DNA from: Planctomycetota bacterium
GTDB lineage: Bacteria; Planctomycetota; Planctomycetia; Pirellulales; Lacipirellulaceae
Direction of reading: 5' to 3'
Assembly (NCBI GenBank): GCA_039190745.1
Contig: JBCCXZ010000056.1
Coordinates: 1-26,853, forward strand
DNA: 26,853 nucleotides
The translations under genes were made by a program, and so were the position numbers. This document shows, one piece after another, positions 26,608 to 26,853 of this stretch. Position 1 is the first letter of the stretch, and every line of letters begins with the position of its first letter. The notes under the pieces were generated by a model. It saw nothing but the letters and a program-made list of their open reading frames with translations. It was not told the DNA's origin and made no database searches.

Positions 26608-26853
26608 GTGCTGCGACAACGGTTGATCGTCGGGGCGACTATCGTCATCGGTTTCTCCACGCTCACGTGGTTGGACGCCGTCTCTCCCAAGCCGGGGAGC
26701 GTCCTGGCCCCGCTGGCGATTGTGGCGGCTTGGCTCGCTTCGGGCGAGATGCTCCGTATGTTCCTCGCTCGCGGCGCCGACCCCTGGCCGCTCACAATGC
26801 GCATCGGCACCGTGCTGCCCGTTGCGGCGATCAGCGTGCCGGTGTTTTTCGAC
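26608..26853 (+). CDS. cdsA: Phosphatidate cytidylyltransferase, 5' part (runs off the window)
   Basis: GTG 26608 opens a hydrophobic frame MLRQRLIVGATIVIGFSTLTWLDA... that stays open to the window end. This is the canonical position after uppS. Confidence 0.8.
   Translation, partial: MLRQRLIVGATIVIGFSTLTWLDAVSPKPGSVLAPLAIVAAWLASGEMLRMFLARGADPWPLTMRIGTVLPVAAISVPVFFD

Overview
High-GC bacterial chromosomal segment, most likely from a planctomycete (inferred from the purA-uppS-cdsA order, several PEP-CTERM proteins and protein types typical of Pirellulales). The housekeeping backbone comprises an M20 dipeptidase, serS, sppA, a SPOR-like exported protein, rdgB, an M20D amidohydrolase, oppABC without ATPases, a TrmH methyltransferase, a CPA2/KefC-like antiporter, a beta-barrel protein, LOG, purA, uppS and partial cdsA. 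Three visibly lower-GC islets interrupt it (about 2805-4020, 9575-13045 and 19710-22400), and no integrase or transposase is present. Two structural signals stand out. (1) PEP-CTERM surface-protein genes sit in ~930-bp units bounded by direct repeats: one repeat is a 58-bp duplicate of the antiporter 3' end that also supplies the PEP-CTERM stop codon, the other is an orphan copy of a PEP-CTERM tail. (2) A set of inverted-repeat elements built from 9-10-bp subrepeats sits at three boundaries of the opp operon; one is empty, one encloses a whole cargo gene, and one encloses a short spacer. No rRNA, tRNA or CRISPR array was recognised. All calls were made by eye, without database searches.
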